Below are positions 1 to 14,662 of a DNA stretch of 64,000 nucleotides, piece by piece (position 1 is the stretch's first letter; each line of letters starts with the position of its first letter). The stretch comes from Octopus vulgaris (taxonomy: Eukaryota): assembly GCA_951406725.2 (NCBI GenBank), contig OX597822.1, forward strand, positions 67,766,001 through 67,830,000, given 5' to 3'. The notes under the pieces were generated by a model, which worked only from the letters and a program-made list of their open reading frames with translations, did not search any database and was not told the origin of the DNA. Both the position numbers and the translations under genes were made by a program.

Positions 1-445
1 TGCCTTCAAAGCGTTCAAAATAATTTTTCCTTTCGTCTCGGTTTAACAGCCCTTACCGTTTGTTTTTACTGTGTTATTCTCCTTGTCGTGTCTTTTACTG
101 CTTTTATTTGTATTGTTTTTACTGTCCTATTCTTGTTACCACTTTTACCCCTCCGCAAAAAATCCCAAATTTTATTAATACTTTATTATACTTTGCGGGA
201 AGGACTGTTTCAAGTTGTGTCTTGACCTTACCTTCGAAACACGGAGCAGCCGAAGCAGGGGCAGTTGAAGAAGGGGAATATTCCTTGTGTTGTATGTCTT
301 GTACTCTGTTTTTTCGTTGTTTGAAAAAAGTCCGTTTCCATGGTTTTGTTTTTATATGTTTTTATGTTTTCGTTTTTCATTGTGTTCTACGTTTTTTGGT
401 GTCCTGTACCCATATATGCATATGTTTTATTTATTATTTTGTTAT

Positions 446-575
<130 letters not shown>

Positions 576-718
576 GCTATTTTGAGTATACAGACTTAGT
601 TAAGTATGGAAGCAAATTGTAGGTTACAGAGAATTTTGACAATATATTATTAACTTGTAAATTATCAGTTAAAACTCTCCATCTTCTTCATATAGTATAT
701 ATATATACATAAATACAT

Positions 719-760
<42 letters not shown>

Positions 761-881
761 CACCGTGATCACTGCGACCGACCAGGCTATCAGATGGTTC
801 TACACATCGCTGGTCACAATGCGCTTCGCATTGTTTTAGTATTCAAATGACGCCACCCCGCTGGCTAAGCGAGCAGGCCAA
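761..881 (-). mobile_element. 3' tail fragment of family-C tRNA-derived SINE
   Basis: Its reverse complement matches the tail of the SINE at ~21565-21685 (ttggcc...attgtgaccagtgatgt...gatatcgtgat). Confidence 0.7.
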
Positions 882-910
882 TATATATATTTATATACAT
901 ACATACATAC

Positions 911-1000
<90 letters not shown>

Positions 1001-1004
<4 letters not shown>

Positions 1005-1392
1005 TATAAGAGGGATGACCACTAAGGGGACAGCCAATATGCTAGATGTAGATCCCATATGGTCTGGCCATTGAGAAAAGGATGTTCTCAGGAAAATTCA
1101 GCAAACGCCATAACGTAAGTGAGCAAAACAAATGGAAAGATACAAAATATACGGATTAGTCACATTCCAGGTTTCATTGCTACCATTTACGTATGTAAAT
1201 ATGTAAGTGGTAACAATGAAACCAGGTGTGTGACTAATCTGTATAGTTTGTATCTTTTCATTTTTCTTGCTCGCTTACATTCTGGCGTTTGCTAAATTTT
1301 CTTGAGAATAATATTTTCTCAGTGGTCAGACGATATGCGGTCTATATCTAGCATATTGGATGTCCACTTAGTGGTCATCCCCCTTATATGTA
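1001..1392. repeat. ~390-bp imperfect palindrome (foldback), probably PLE-terminus derived
   Basis: Left arm tacatataagagggatgaccactaag... pairs with right arm ...cttagtggtcatcccccttatatgta. Centre is ~1196, flanked by GTTTC (1171) and GAAAC (1218). Confidence 0.85.
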
Positions 1393-1489
1393 TCTAATGT
1401 AATTTTTCTGAATCTTCAAATATTTTTCAATATGCTAGCCTACTGGTTTAAATTGATATGAATCAAATGAATGAAAACATGAAAATTTA

Positions 1490-1937
1490 TCAACTGATTT
1501 CGCGGACCGTCACCGAACAATTGACGAACTTGTTGATATGATTGGTGTATCCTGGGGCTCCTTCCAACGAATTTAGAGCGAGGAATTGCAAATGAAAAGA
1601 ATTGCAACCAAATTTGTGCCTCGCTTGCTCACAGAAGTTCAAAAGCAGTGACGACGTATTGCGTGTCGTGAACTGAAAGAAAAGTGTTATTTTTTCGAAG
1701 GTCATCACTGGTGATGAAAGCTGGTGCTACGGAATACGAACATATGGAAGATGTGAAGAATACAATGTCGGACGCGATAAGAGGCATCACTTTGCAAGAG
1801 TTCCAGTACTGCTTTCAACAGTGGAAAATAGACTTCAAATGGAGAATACTTTGAAACCGATAAAAGTGTAAACGTGTAAAACTAAGTGAATAGAATAGCA
1901 ATGCAAATTTCCAGTTCCTTTATGGTAACCTCTCGTA
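1490..1937 (+). mobile_element. Internally deleted mariner transposon remnant
   Basis: Translates in pieces to KFVPRLLT and FFSKVITGDESWCYG (first catalytic D motif). Ends in ...ggtaacctctcgTA, a mariner-like TIR plus TA. Confidence 0.8.
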
Positions 1938-2240
1938 CATGTCAATCTATTGTGACAATTCTAAACACATATGTTTTTCGTAATCTCCAATACAAAAACA
2001 CATACATACACACGATCACACCACGCGTACCAACGCACAAACAAACAGATATAAAGATGAGCAAGTAATTCACAAGGAAAAATACAAATTCTCGGAAATT
2101 AATTTGCTAAGCTATTACTAATTTTGTTATCATCTGGAACGATTATTTTTTAAATGATAATAACAGAATTAATTATATAGGCGATTGCAGGCACAAGAAA
2201 AAGCTGAGGGATTAATTTTTAATGTTAATCCCTGTTTTAC

Positions 2241-2331
<91 letters not shown>

Positions 2332-2704
2332 TGTATGTATGTATGTATGTATGTATGTATGTATGTATGTATGTGTGTATGTATGTATGTATGTATGTAT
2401 GTATGTATGCATGTATGTATGTATGTATGTATGTACGTATGTGCGTATGTGTGTATGCATGTATGTATGTATGTATGTATGAACAAGCATACATGTACAT
2501 AGATATATTAGTATATAAGCACTGAATATTTACTGTAAATATAACGTAAAAGAAATGCCGCAAATATGATATTGTTTAAGATAGCATGTTCGCGTGGAAA
2601 TGTATACGACAGTGTATTCTGCAACTGTAGACACATACACACATACACGCGCACCCGCTCATATATATAAATAGATAGACAGACAGACGGACAGCCAGAC
2701 GCAC

Positions 2705-2769
<65 letters not shown>

Positions 2770-2770
2770 T

Positions 2771-2915
2771 GTTTCTTTATTAGCCACACAGGGCTGCACA
2801 CAGACAGGACAAATTACAAGGTAGAGCTTTTCTTTTGGGGGTAAAAGAAGGGTGTTTGGTTTTCGATCAAAAGGGATCGTAAATGGAAAGAAAGAGGACA
2901 AAAGGGGGGGGGGGG
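2771..2915 (-). mobile_element. 5'-truncated LINE 3' end within (GATA)n
   Basis: Minus strand reads aaagctctaccttgtaatttgtc...gtgtggctaataaagaaac then (TATC)n. Same sequence at 41686 and 63568. Confidence 0.75.
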
Positions 2916-2929
2916 ATAAAATAGGTAGG

Positions 2930-2989
<60 letters not shown>

Positions 2990-3100
2990 CGTATATGCAT
3001 AGCGTACGAGATGTTAGTTCTCAATGTTAGTTAAATGTCTCACTTCTACATCCTTCCATCTCATAACTCATCCTGTATTTTTATAACCCGTCTCTCAACA

Positions 3101-3167
<67 letters not shown>

Positions 3168-4157
3168 TTCTCCACTGTAATTTTGGCAGTCACTGACCTC
3201 TGTCACTCCCTCTATCTCTCTATTTCTTTCTCTCTCTCTCTCTCTCTCTCGCTCTTCCACTTTAACTGTATTTTCTACTCTACCCTACTCTTACACTCCC
3301 TCCCAGACTTTCTCTGTCTTTACGCGTCTCTTTTTTTTAAAAAACTCCCTCCCTATCTTCCTCTCTTTTACCCCTTTCCACTTTTCTACTCACCCCAGCA
3401 CTCACTCATTCTCCGTCACTCACCACCGAAGTCCTTCCTTCACTCCACATTAATCACGTTATAAAGATTAGGTAACGTTCCATTTTATGATGCTTTAACT
3501 TTTAATTCCCACCTAATTTCATCTTTGACCCTTTCCAGGGTGGACAAGGGCGGGATGCAAGAAGAAGGGAAGGACGGGGCAAGAACGTGGAGGATTCAAT
3601 AATTACATTCTAGGATCCAAGCCTGGAATGCTGGAGTCAAGAATCTCATCTGAGTTGCTCACTTACACACACAAATACATACACTCTTACATAGTCACAT
3701 AAACACATACATTTGATATCACATTCGCACGCACTTTTCACATTACCCATTATGCAATGAAATACACATACACGCACAAATTACACGTTATAAATGCTGC
3801 AATAGTTACATCCGAGACAAACACAATGCATTCATCGTATAACACATAGATATCTATATTTTGTACATTAAAACACATTGGAACCAGCGAGAGTGATTCG
3901 TCATGGTTGCTCCACCTCGATGGAGAGACAATTGCTAGCAGATTTCCCAGAATTGCACCCAACTAATTTAGGAATGAACACGTCGGGCAATGTTGTTTCT
4001 TGTTCGCTGCGCATAGAACAAAGGCTGGTTAGTCACGACTGGAATTTATTTAACCGTAGGTCTCCATGATCAGGCATTGCATGAACGTAAGCAATTACAA
4101 CTAACAATGGGAAAGTACAAAAGCAAATATTATACGTTAATATTACACGTGAATGAC

Positions 4158-4388
4158 GGCGGCGAGCTGGCAGAAACGTTAGCACGCTGGGCGAAATGCT
4201 TAGCGGTATTTCATCTGCCCTTACATTCTGAGTTCAAATTCCGCCGAGGTCGACTTTGTCTTTCATCCTTTCGGGGTCGATTAAATAAGTACCAGTTACG
4301 CACTGGGGTCGATGTAATCGACTTAATCCCTTTGTCTGTCCTTGTTTGTCCTCTCTATGTTTAGCCCCTTGTGGGTAGTAAAGAAATA
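4158..4388 (+). mobile_element. SINE family A (ggcggcgagctggcagaa head)
   Basis: A-box-like head, B-box gagttcaaattcc and conserved gtcgactttg(c/t)ctttcatcctttcggggtcga core. Many copies in the window. Confidence 0.85.
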
Positions 4389-5098
4389 CGTATTTCGTCT
4401 GCCTTTACGTTCTGAGTTCAAATTCCGCCAAATTATATATAAGTGAGTAAAAGAATATATACATGCATTCTGTCTTATACAGTCATATAATAAAAGCATA
4501 CATAGATGTACACATATACACTTTCATGAAATTGGTGAGTTCAAATTCCGTCTGAGCCAACTTTACCTTTCATTCTTTCGTGGCCGAATGCTGGCCTTCT
4601 GACAAAATTTGAAACCAATACTATTCTATTTAAATTTGTCTATGTTTATCAATTTGTCATTAATGTCGCTCCTATGTACCTTAAATGTTGCTTGTAGCAT
4701 GAGTTCCGTGTTACTATCGGATATTAATATGTATTATTACTTATATACATTCATTCATACAGATAAAATAAAGGGTGGTACCAGTTGAATAGTAAGTTAC
4801 AGAAGCGATATTCCTCACCAATAAACTGGTTTTTTACTCGTCAAACTTCAAATGGCGGTCATATACGCGCATATATACATACATACATACATTCATTCAT
4901 TCATACATACATACATACATACATACATACATACAAGCGTTTCTTTTCTATCTTGTTTTTACATTTCCAATTCATCTCAATATATAATAATTTTGTTTTG
5001 TTATGACAACAGAAAAAACACGATATATACCTAGCACCGTTTCCCTCAAATGGAGACGCTCACACACACATACACACACAAACATATATATAGATATG

Positions 5099-5163
<65 letters not shown>

Positions 5164-5788
5164 GTATGCACCTATATATATATCAGTGGGTATAAACATA
5201 AGCACATCTATGCGTATATGTGCGAAGCGTGATTGCGTGTTTCTGAATATATTTTACATTAAATCAAAACAACGATTCCAACTAACCAGTTCCAATACAC
5301 GCAAAGAGGAAAAAAAAATTCTTCGATTTATTTCCTATAGTAGGTCTAGTTCAAAAACGCCATTATTGTAACATATATCATAATCGTTATCATTTCTTCG
5401 TCGACCTCTATAATGCGCCATAAGCAAAACAAAAACAAAACAACGAATCTTATATAGAACTTACAGGTAAAAATAAAAAAAAGTATAATGAAAACCATAA
5501 CAAACAAACAAAAAATAAGCAAACAATTAATGTAATAAAAGTAATATATTGACCTCTAACCGTCTGTATTTTTGCCAATAATCGTTAAGACTTATCTAGA
5601 AACAATGATTGAAAGTTTCCTAGGCGATTAGAAAAAATTCTTTTGGAAATACAGAATATAAAATATTTCACTCATCATCAATTATGTGTTTTTGTATACA
5701 TACAAAATAAATACCAACGTATATATGGATATATACATATATATTATATTATATATATGAATATATATATCATATTAGATTATTTTGT

Positions 5789-5850
<62 letters not shown>

Positions 5851-6037
5851 CATACGTACATACAGATATAGATGTATGTATATGCCTATATTGATATATA
5901 TAAACATATATGTGTTTGAAAAAGCGCAAACGCAAATTTATATATACCTACCTACACTCAGAGATGCTTGGATATATATATATATATACACATTCGTAGA
6001 TACACATACATATACATAAACAAACACAAACACAAAC

Positions 6038-6075
<38 letters not shown>

Positions 6076-6273
6076 ACATACACACACACACACACATATA
6101 TATATATTCTCAGTAAAAGTGCTTTGAGTTCATTATCTTCATGCTAGACATTTGTCTTTAAAAATATACTTTCGAATGCGTGTATGCAAACATGTATGTA
6201 TATATTTATATAAGTATATATTTGTGCGTCCACTTGCACACGAATATATGTGCGCACGTACATTTTATATATA

Positions 6274-6343
<70 letters not shown>

Positions 6344-6597
6344 GTATATATATATATGAAGTAATAATTGAACAACCAAATTCTATCATGGGAAATATTT
6401 TCGAAAATAGATTAGGGGCCTTTATTGGCAATATCTATTTTCATTTTCACCGTTGTGAATATTTTATTTACTACGTTGGAAGTCTTTTTATTTCATGCTG
6501 TCTGGAATAATAAATGGTGATAGATGTTCAAAATTTCTTATTTCGCTGTGTTTAGTTTTTTACTGAAAGAGAAATTTCATATATATATATATATAAA

Positions 6598-6682
<85 letters not shown>

Positions 6683-7544
6683 TATATATATATATATATA
6701 TAATATTTTATTATGTGTATACATGCACGTATTTATGCATATATATATATATTCACTTCTCTCTAAACAACAAAACCACACCCTGCACTCATAAGGTTCT
6801 GTATTTATGTATTAAAACGCCTGAATACCCAAATGATGGAGTTCTATAGTTCATATACTATTCTTTGCAGATAATATTATTGTTTTCACTGATATTGTTA
6901 CTTCTGTATTCACCAGATCTATGAGGGAATGCATCCCGGTCGTGACAAACTGTGGCATTTATTTAATATTAGGCAGAATAATATTAGGGCTACGTTTTAT
7001 GTAACATGCATTTTCTTTCATCTATAGCGTTTTGTTATACTTTACCTGAAATTTCTACTAAGTCGAGAGAGTATCCAAAATCTCCCTATTATCTTGTTAC
7101 ATCGCTAATGTATATTTGTTATCAAGCTTACTGGCTAATCGGCATACCAGCTCCTTTTCCGGCACTGTCAAGCTATATATGTCACTGGCGGGGGAGATGA
7201 ATCTCTGCCGTCTCTAGCGGTCGGGTGTCCATCATTAACAAAACGAAACATGGTCAGAATCACGTGATCTGATGGCCTTAGTGCTGGAGGTAGCGGATAT
7301 TTATTACCCTGCTAGCGATATAAAGAAGAGTGCATTTTGCACCAAAAACCCAATATGAGAGGTTCTGTCATAGTAATTACCGCAGTAAAGTTTGTTGTAA
7401 TAGAACATCCACATATGAATTGGGGATAAATATTAACTCTCGGTATTTTTTTATATCTAGTAATAAATTATGAATCTATATAGCCTGTCCATCGATAATT
7501 CGCAGACCTGTTTCCAAGTTCTAGCCCTTAATGTAGAATAAGGG

Positions 7545-7796
7545 ATGTTACAGTTACGTTAGAGTCATACCGACTCATAAGGGCCTGTCTACCGGTTTCC
7601 ATGGCCTATATATTCCCCACATGGACGGGATGCCGGTCCTTCACAGAGTAACTCATTTTTTCCAGCTGAGTGGACTGGAGCAACGTGAAATAAAGCGTTT
7701 TGCTCAAGAACATAACGCGTCGTCCGGTCCAGGAATCGAAACCACAATCTAACGACCATGAGTCCAACGCTGTAACCACTAATCCACGCGCCTCCA
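7545..7796 (-). mobile_element. SINE family C (tRNA-derived, CORE-like)
   Basis: Minus strand: tggaggcgcgtggattagtggtta (A box), ggtttcgattcc (B box), ttcttgagcaaaacgctttatttcacgttgctccagtccactcagctgg core. Confidence 0.85.
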
Positions 7797-10123
7797 CGAT
7801 AAAGAAAAGGAATGGGTTTTCGTGTGACATGGAAGGTGAGCATTCATTTATTTGATCAACTGCTACCCTCTGCTCAATGAATCCGCTTGTAGATGTCTGG
7901 ACATTCCAGAGACACATGTATTATTAACGCAATTCTCAGGTGATATGTTTGTAATATGTTGAAATGAAACTTTATCCCTAAGTTATCGGACAATCCATCC
8001 AATGGGCTCTCACGCAGTTTCCTTGTACCCAATTTCACTCTCAAGCCCTACCCGATGATTTAGCAGAAAACACTTGTCGAAGATGCCGGGTAGTGGAATA
8101 CAACCAGCGATTGGAATTAATCGAGTACACAGCAACGTTATCTTTGTTAAATAACCAAAGAGATTATATATTTTTACGGTGAAAGCTTTCTGTAGTAGAT
8201 TGATTTGCTAGAAATAACAGCCAAATCTTCCTGCCATCACATTTCCATTAATTTGAAACAGGGAACGGACACATTAGACAATGAAATCTTGAATGTTTCT
8301 TTCAAAGTCAGGATGGTCTCGTTTCGAATATCTTTTACCATAGTTATGCTCAATCATATCCGACTTTGCGCTAAACTAAACCAGCAACAGCAACAATTCC
8401 AACAATTCGTTAATGTGTATAGCATAACTACGGCTAAAACCCAAGTCGAAACCAAAGAGATAACGTAAGATCATTTTAATATCGCATTAAAAACCGAACG
8501 ACGCATATCACATTCACATGACATGACCACACGTTTAAGAAGTTCATTTCGCATCCTCGTCCTTATAACATTGATGCCACTAATGGGCACCGTGAGAAGT
8601 TTTCTTTTATCATAGGTCTTGTTAAAGCAAAACTTTGTGGATGCAGTGTGACAGAACGGAAACTTCTCTGAAGCCCGTCGTAATTTTGAGGAATATATAT
8701 AATGTAGATTAGACAGGGCCTTGCCAAATATATGTCAAGAAAATAGTAAACCAATGAAGAGTGGGGAGAGCCACAAACACTACTTCGTTATGCGCACGTA
8801 AAATAAAAACATAGTATCGTGCATGGTCGTGTGGTTAATATGTACTTGTGTATATGTGTGTGCCTAAGTTGTTTGTATTTGTTCGTCTTGTATTCAGAAA
8901 CTAGAAAACGAAGAGCTACAAGACGATATGTATCATCTTGCAACATATCAGGGAGGAATTTATGAGGTGTATACTGAGAAAGAAAAGCAAAATTTCTCTC
9001 AAACTACAGCCATTCTGTTCTCTCTCATGAAAAACATGGAGAAGAACAAAATTCTTGAATTTGCAATGAAGTAGCTGAAGCATGTTCCCTCTCCCCATCT
9101 CACTTTCTTTCTCTCTATCTCTCTTTTTCTCTCTATCTCTCACTCTCTCTCTCTCTATCTCTATCTCGAATAGTGGAATTGAGAAAGATAGAGAATAAGA
9201 GACGCATAAACAGAGAGACAGAGATAACGAGAGCAAGATGAAAATAATGGTGGTGATGGCGGTGGTAAGTTTGTGTGACGTCAAACTTTGTTTCTTTTCC
9301 TCCATCTCTCTCTCTCTCTCTTCCTTTCTTTCACTCTCTGTCTCTCTCTCTCTTCCTCTCCCTTTTTCGCTCCCTCTTTCTCTCTCTCCTTTTTCTCTTT
9401 TTCTCTTCCCTTCTCTGTCTTTCTTTTTCTCTCTCTTCCTCTTTCTCTCTCTTTCTCTCTCTTTTCCTCTCTCTTTCTTTTTCCATCTTTCTCTCTCTCT
9501 CTCTTCCTCTCTCTCTTGCACTCTGTAACCTTCTATGGAATTTGGGAATACAAACCCTCGTTGAGAAAACTCTTAATGTAATTTACTCTGGTTTCAATAT
9601 CAGAAGGAGCGCAGTGTACATTTCACTTCAAAATAGCAACATTGTCGTTCATTATATAACAAGGAATTATATAGCGGATTCAAATTTGAAAGAACAGCTG
9701 ATATCCGAGAAAGAGCATTTCACCTGAAAACTTTTGCTGAACTAATTGTGACTTGATCAAAACAGACAAGTATCATACACTATTACAGAGATCTTATATC
9801 TTCCCATTACTTAAATCCTACAACATTGGAAAAGATTTCAGCAATATAAAATAACAAATACATAAACAAATATCGGTTTCTAATTTCCTGGTGATATGTT
9901 TTCAGAAAGATTCCAAAGTCCAACTCTCTATTCATTTAAATACGTTTGTAGGGATAACTCTATTTTTAAGAAGCGTGATTTACAGCCATGTAGTTCCGGG
10001 TTCTGTCCAACTATTCTTCAACTTAGACATGTAATTTCTACAATAGAATTTAATCTCTACAGAAAAAACCCATAACTTCTTCCGTTCTAAAAATAATCAA
10101 AGGGTGACAAATAATTTTTCATC

Positions 10124-10558
10124 GGAGCAGGCGTGGCTGTGTGGTAAGACGTTTGCTTCCCATTTACATGATTCTACGTTCAGTCCCACAGCGGGGCACC
10201 TTGGGCAAGTGTCCTCTACTATAGCCTCGGGCTATCCAAAGCCTTGTAAGTGAATTTGTTAGACGGAAGCTGAAAGAAGCTCTTTATATTATATATGTGT
10301 GTGTTTGGGTGTATGTATGTGCGTATGAATGTGTGTGTCTTCGTGTATGTTTGTCCCACACCAACGCATGACATCCGTTGTTAGAATGATTATGATCCCA
10401 TAGCGTAGAGGTTCGGCAAGAGACATCGACAGAATAAGTACCAGAGTCTATCAAAAAAGTAATAAGTACTGGCGTCGATAAGTTCGACTAAAATTCTTCA
10501 AGGCGGTACCCCAGACTGGCCGCAATTTAATGTCTGAAACAAGTAAAAGATAAAAGAT
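10124..10558 (+). mobile_element. SINE family B (bipartite, internal microsatellite)
   Basis: gtggctgtgtggtaag head, gttcagtccc B box, accttgggcaagtgtc core, internal (TG)n, gtaaaaga-type tail. Confidence 0.85.
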
Positions 10559-10559
10559 A

Positions 10560-11601
10560 TTTAAGCATGACTAAAAATGGAGAAGAATTCAATAACTCAT
10601 ACCTAGGTAATCCCAATTGACACAAAAGTCTTCCAGACAATAACAACGGAAGAAGAGACCAAAATAGAGCACCGAGCTAAAGAAAACATGGCCAACGTAC
10701 CAGATTAGCCAGAACAATGGATGAACTGACCAAAATAAATCATGAAACTTAAGAAAACTTAAGAACATACCAATATTCCAAGGCAGATTGTACAACCATG
10801 ACTTGACAAAATCGAATAATAGAAGTATAGTGTATCATTGGCTGAAAGAACAAGAAACCTTTTTTTAGGGAACAGGAGCTCCAAACAAATCGAAAGAAAT
10901 TTCTAATGATAAAAATAGCGAAGAAAGTATTAAAGTATTGAAGAAAGTATGGAAAGTATTGACCCAAAGGAATGAATTTTTTCACAGCGTAACCACGTGG
11001 TATGTGGAATAAAACCTTTGGAATATGAACTTAGATTCACACCAACTTCTAAACATGACACAACAGATCTTATAAGAGATGTTAAGGAATTTTGCAGAAA
11101 AAAATGTTCGACGGGAATTCTTCAACAAGAAATACGAGAAAGAGCCATCAGTTGTGGTAAGCAAAACAGGATTTCATTCTCCAATGGATAGGGATTCGTT
11201 CTTAAAGGAGAAACTCGTAAGGTGTCTGCAAAGATAAGCGACTTCCAACACTCCAACGAAGCATAAGATCAAACATTACGATTGTAGTAGAAAAAAAAAT
11301 AACGTTGGTGTGTCTATAGAAAGGATCCACTGTCATCATTAATAAAGCTTACAAAAAAGAAGTCATTGTAATAATGGACACGACCCATTACATGGAAATT
11401 GTTTTAAAACAACTAAATGACTAACGTTTCAAAAAGGAAATTAGAAACTATTACAGATAAATAACCAATAAAAGTGCTAAATTATCAAATTCAAAATATA
11501 CTGAACGAAAAAGGAATTAGATTACCTCACTAACTTTGAGGTAAAACGAGTAACCTTTCATTTCTACCGAATTCCTTAAATATAGAGAAATCCGTGACAC
11601 T
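10560..11601 (+). pseudogene. Penelope-like element ORF, N-terminal part (degenerate)
   Basis: LRFTPTSK..DLIRDVKEFCRK; VIINKAYKKEVIVIMDTTHY (decayed IKPADKG motif); KELDYLTNFEVK followed by a decayed PKIHK region. Frameshifts and stops present. Confidence 0.8.
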
Positions 11602-12307
11602 TTAACACTTCGTGGGTCGGCGGGATTGGAATTACACAAAAGGCAATTCGGGTCACGGGGGACCTCCTTTTGTTTTTGCACATTTCCGCAGTATCCATAA
11701 AGTAATATTTGTTTAATCGTGTGTATATGTGTTAGTGCTTGATACAGATCAATAAATTTAGTACTTTATAGGTATATATTTGTAATTATTTGCGTTTAAT
11801 GGAGGAGAATTAAAATATAATCTATTGACTGAAAAAACCTTTATTGAAAGAAACCAAGATTTTTTTAATAGTTTTATGAACTATACATATAGCACTAAAT
11901 CTATATGTATAAAACTCAACTTGTGTGTCTGTGTGTGTATCTGTGTGTGTGTCTGTGTGTTTAACTTCCCGGCACATCTCCGCCTCGCCAACAAATCGTA
12001 GAACCACCAAACATGGGTCACTTAAAGTTTAGGCGAATGAAAATTGAACTGAGCTATTTCTGTTCCGAAATTCATCTCGCAAGTGCAAAAATCGATAATG
12101 TGTTTGTTTAGGCCTTATCCCATGCATTGAATAGTAAACTTTATTCAGTCAGCTGTTTGACATGAACTGTGTTCACCACGCGTGCAAGCATGCGTAAATT
12201 GCATGAAAAATAAAAAAATAAAGATATAAAAACGAATCGCCGTAAACATTGTAGAAATTCGGCAAAGAAATGAATTTTCGAGATGTAGCCCGGAGGGTTT
12301 TTTCGTA

Positions 12308-12338
<31 letters not shown>

Positions 12339-12361
12339 CATATATATATATCATCATCATC

Positions 12362-12394
<33 letters not shown>

Positions 12395-12986
12395 TACATA
12401 TATACGTATATATATATATATATGAGAGTATCATAGAAGAAGGCTAACTCTTCCTTCCGCAGAAGAAAAAAATTCAAATCGGACCATGTTAACACCAAAA
12501 ATTATTTACATCAAAAAGGTGCCTTTTTTCTATGAAAATCCCTATTTTTTTACGATGTTTTGACTGCTGTGTCGCCATTTTTCGGTGTAGTTCACTTGAA
12601 GAGAATAACAAGCTGCATACTGCCAGATTTTTACTTTTCAAAAATTCCAATTCTAAAGGGTCTAAACAAACCGCAACGCCGGGCGATACTGCTAGTATAA
12701 AATAAAACGAAATTATTTAGTATATCGATTCATACCAGTACAAATACGAAGATTGACTGATAGTTCATCAGAACATCTGAAAAAAGAACAGAAAAAGAAT
12801 AATTTCACAGAAGGACATTTGGGTGCAATTGAACCCCAATGACCATATTTTATGCTAATTCCTCCATATGACTGGAAATTTTTAACTCAAAATTTGTATG
12901 TGCATACATAAACTATTGACAATAAAAGTCATGAAATATAAAATCGTTTTAGTAAAAAATGTGAATGTTGTATAACTTTTTTTTAA
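11602..12986. mobile_element. Insertion splitting the PLE; possibly a piggyBac-like non-autonomous element
   Basis: Begins TTAA-CAC at 11602. PLE homology resumes after TTAA at 12983-12986. No convincing right TIR seen. Confidence 0.4.
11900..12695 (+). mobile_element. Non-autonomous Helitron
   Basis: 5' A^TC (tctatatgtataaaactc), 3' ...gcaacgccgggcgatactgCTAG^T. 5' ~400 bp shared with 20439-21071. Confidence 0.85.
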
Positions 12987-13650
12987 AGGACTTCTATACA
13001 CCACATTTGAAAGTTTTCAAACCATATATGATTTAATATTACTTCTAGTTGTTGCAGTGCCAACATCTTGCACCCCAACAATTGAGCAATTTACTTTGCA
13101 TAATTTTGAAACCGTTGTTCAAATTTACCCCTTGTTTAATCAGAAATGATATGGACTTCTAAACCATGTTCGGGAAAGAGACGATTCTTGTTAGTTTCAA
13201 TGTAAATAGTCTCTATACAAATATCCCACATGTAATACGATTAGAAGCAGTATAATGCTGGACAGACACATACCCACAAAGAATTCAGAGGAGATTTCCA
13301 AAGGAATCGATTCTTGAAAGATTAGGATTGGTACAAGAAAGCAACTACTTTTTGATAAATACTAACTTCAAACGCAAAGCACGGCAATGGGAACGAAAGT
13401 CGCATCTGCAGTACACTTATATCTAAACTTATATCTGGAATTTCTTTCACGTAACACTTCAAATATTATTTAATAGGAAACTGGAAATGATTCCTGGGTA
13501 ACTGATTCATATTTTGTAACATAAGTTAGAAAGAACTTTTAAGATTCCTTAAACAGCCTTCGTGAATAGATCCAATTCACTACGGAAAAGAATGAAAGGG
13601 AGCTTTCTCTACTGGACGCTCTGGTAATTAAGGAAATTTTGATTGTTATA
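12987..13650 (+). pseudogene. Penelope-like reverse transcriptase core (degenerate)
   Basis: ILVSFNVNSLYTNIPH (RT motif A), TAMGTKVA (motif B), NWK*FLGN (decayed RFLDD), LNSL..IQFTTEKNERELSLLDALV. Confidence 0.9.
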
Positions 13651-14662
13651 ACTGACGTCTATTACAACCTCAGTGTGTGTGTGTGTGTGTTGGTGTGTGT
13701 GTTGGTGTGTGTGTATGTGTGTGTGTGTGTGTACATCCTTTTTGGAGTTGTTTTTTGTTTTACTACATTTCAACAATGATGCTGCAGACCTATAACCGAA
13801 GGTGTTTCTGACATACACAAAAAAGGGGGTACTTTCCTATTATAGATAGCCATTCTTTTTTTAATTTCCAAAAGGTTTAGCAAATGAACAATTACATTCG
13901 TGAAACGGGTGTAACATCTGATCGGAGAATAGCTATCACTGTTATATGGAGAAAGAAAAGATCAAGGAATTGTGTGATTGCTTAATAGTTTATTTCCCAT
14001 TCATTTAGTAAATAATAATTAACTGAAATTATAGAAAAGTGGCCTAAAAGAATACATCACATTTAATTGTGCATCAGGTTCGGCACTATTATTCGTCTTC
14101 TCTATTTCAAACTACAGTGCGTACTTAGAGTGAGATTTGACTGCTATTTTTAGCAAATCGATCGACCAATTAGAGAATCCGTCATTAGCTCCAGTATATC
14201 ACCTGATATTAGGAGTCGTATTCAACGCTAATTTGTAGTTGATTAGTCTGTCACTTATCGCAATGATTATCCGTGAAGGAGCAAAACTGTTGGATCATGT
14301 GAAACGGTGAAGTGTTAGCAAATGGCTACAGCAGTTGTAGATGCGTGACGACATAAAAGCTGGTGCTATGATTTATTGTCAGGAAAGTGTGAGGGTGGAG
14401 GTTTATCGTAGCTCAATCAGTCCCACCTCGTTAACAGACACACTTAATAGATCACTGAATTGAAATATTGCCTGAAAATGATCATTCTGCAGAGGTTTTA
14501 ATTGGTCGGGCGTATTTTTACGTTTAATGATGGATCACAACCAATGTATACAGGAAATATATGTTCAAACGAATCGTTCATAATTATAATAATATAACCT
14601 CGCTAAACCTCCAACACGGCAGTGCGTTCGTGTATGTGGGCGTATATGTACTTTAAGAGTGT

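Noticed and set aside
1-420. Possible PLE or LINE terminal fragment with GAAGG..CCTTC-GAAAC
   Set aside because: Truncated by the window edge and lacks an intact core, so it cannot be classified.
3878-4069. 63-aa ORF in unique sequence
   Set aside because: Non-ATG start, no splice-site or homology support.
12721-12776. Minus-strand CUGAUGA...stem...GAAUCGAUA hammerhead candidate
   Set aside because: GAAA is broken and there is no convincing stem I. At best a heavily decayed motif.
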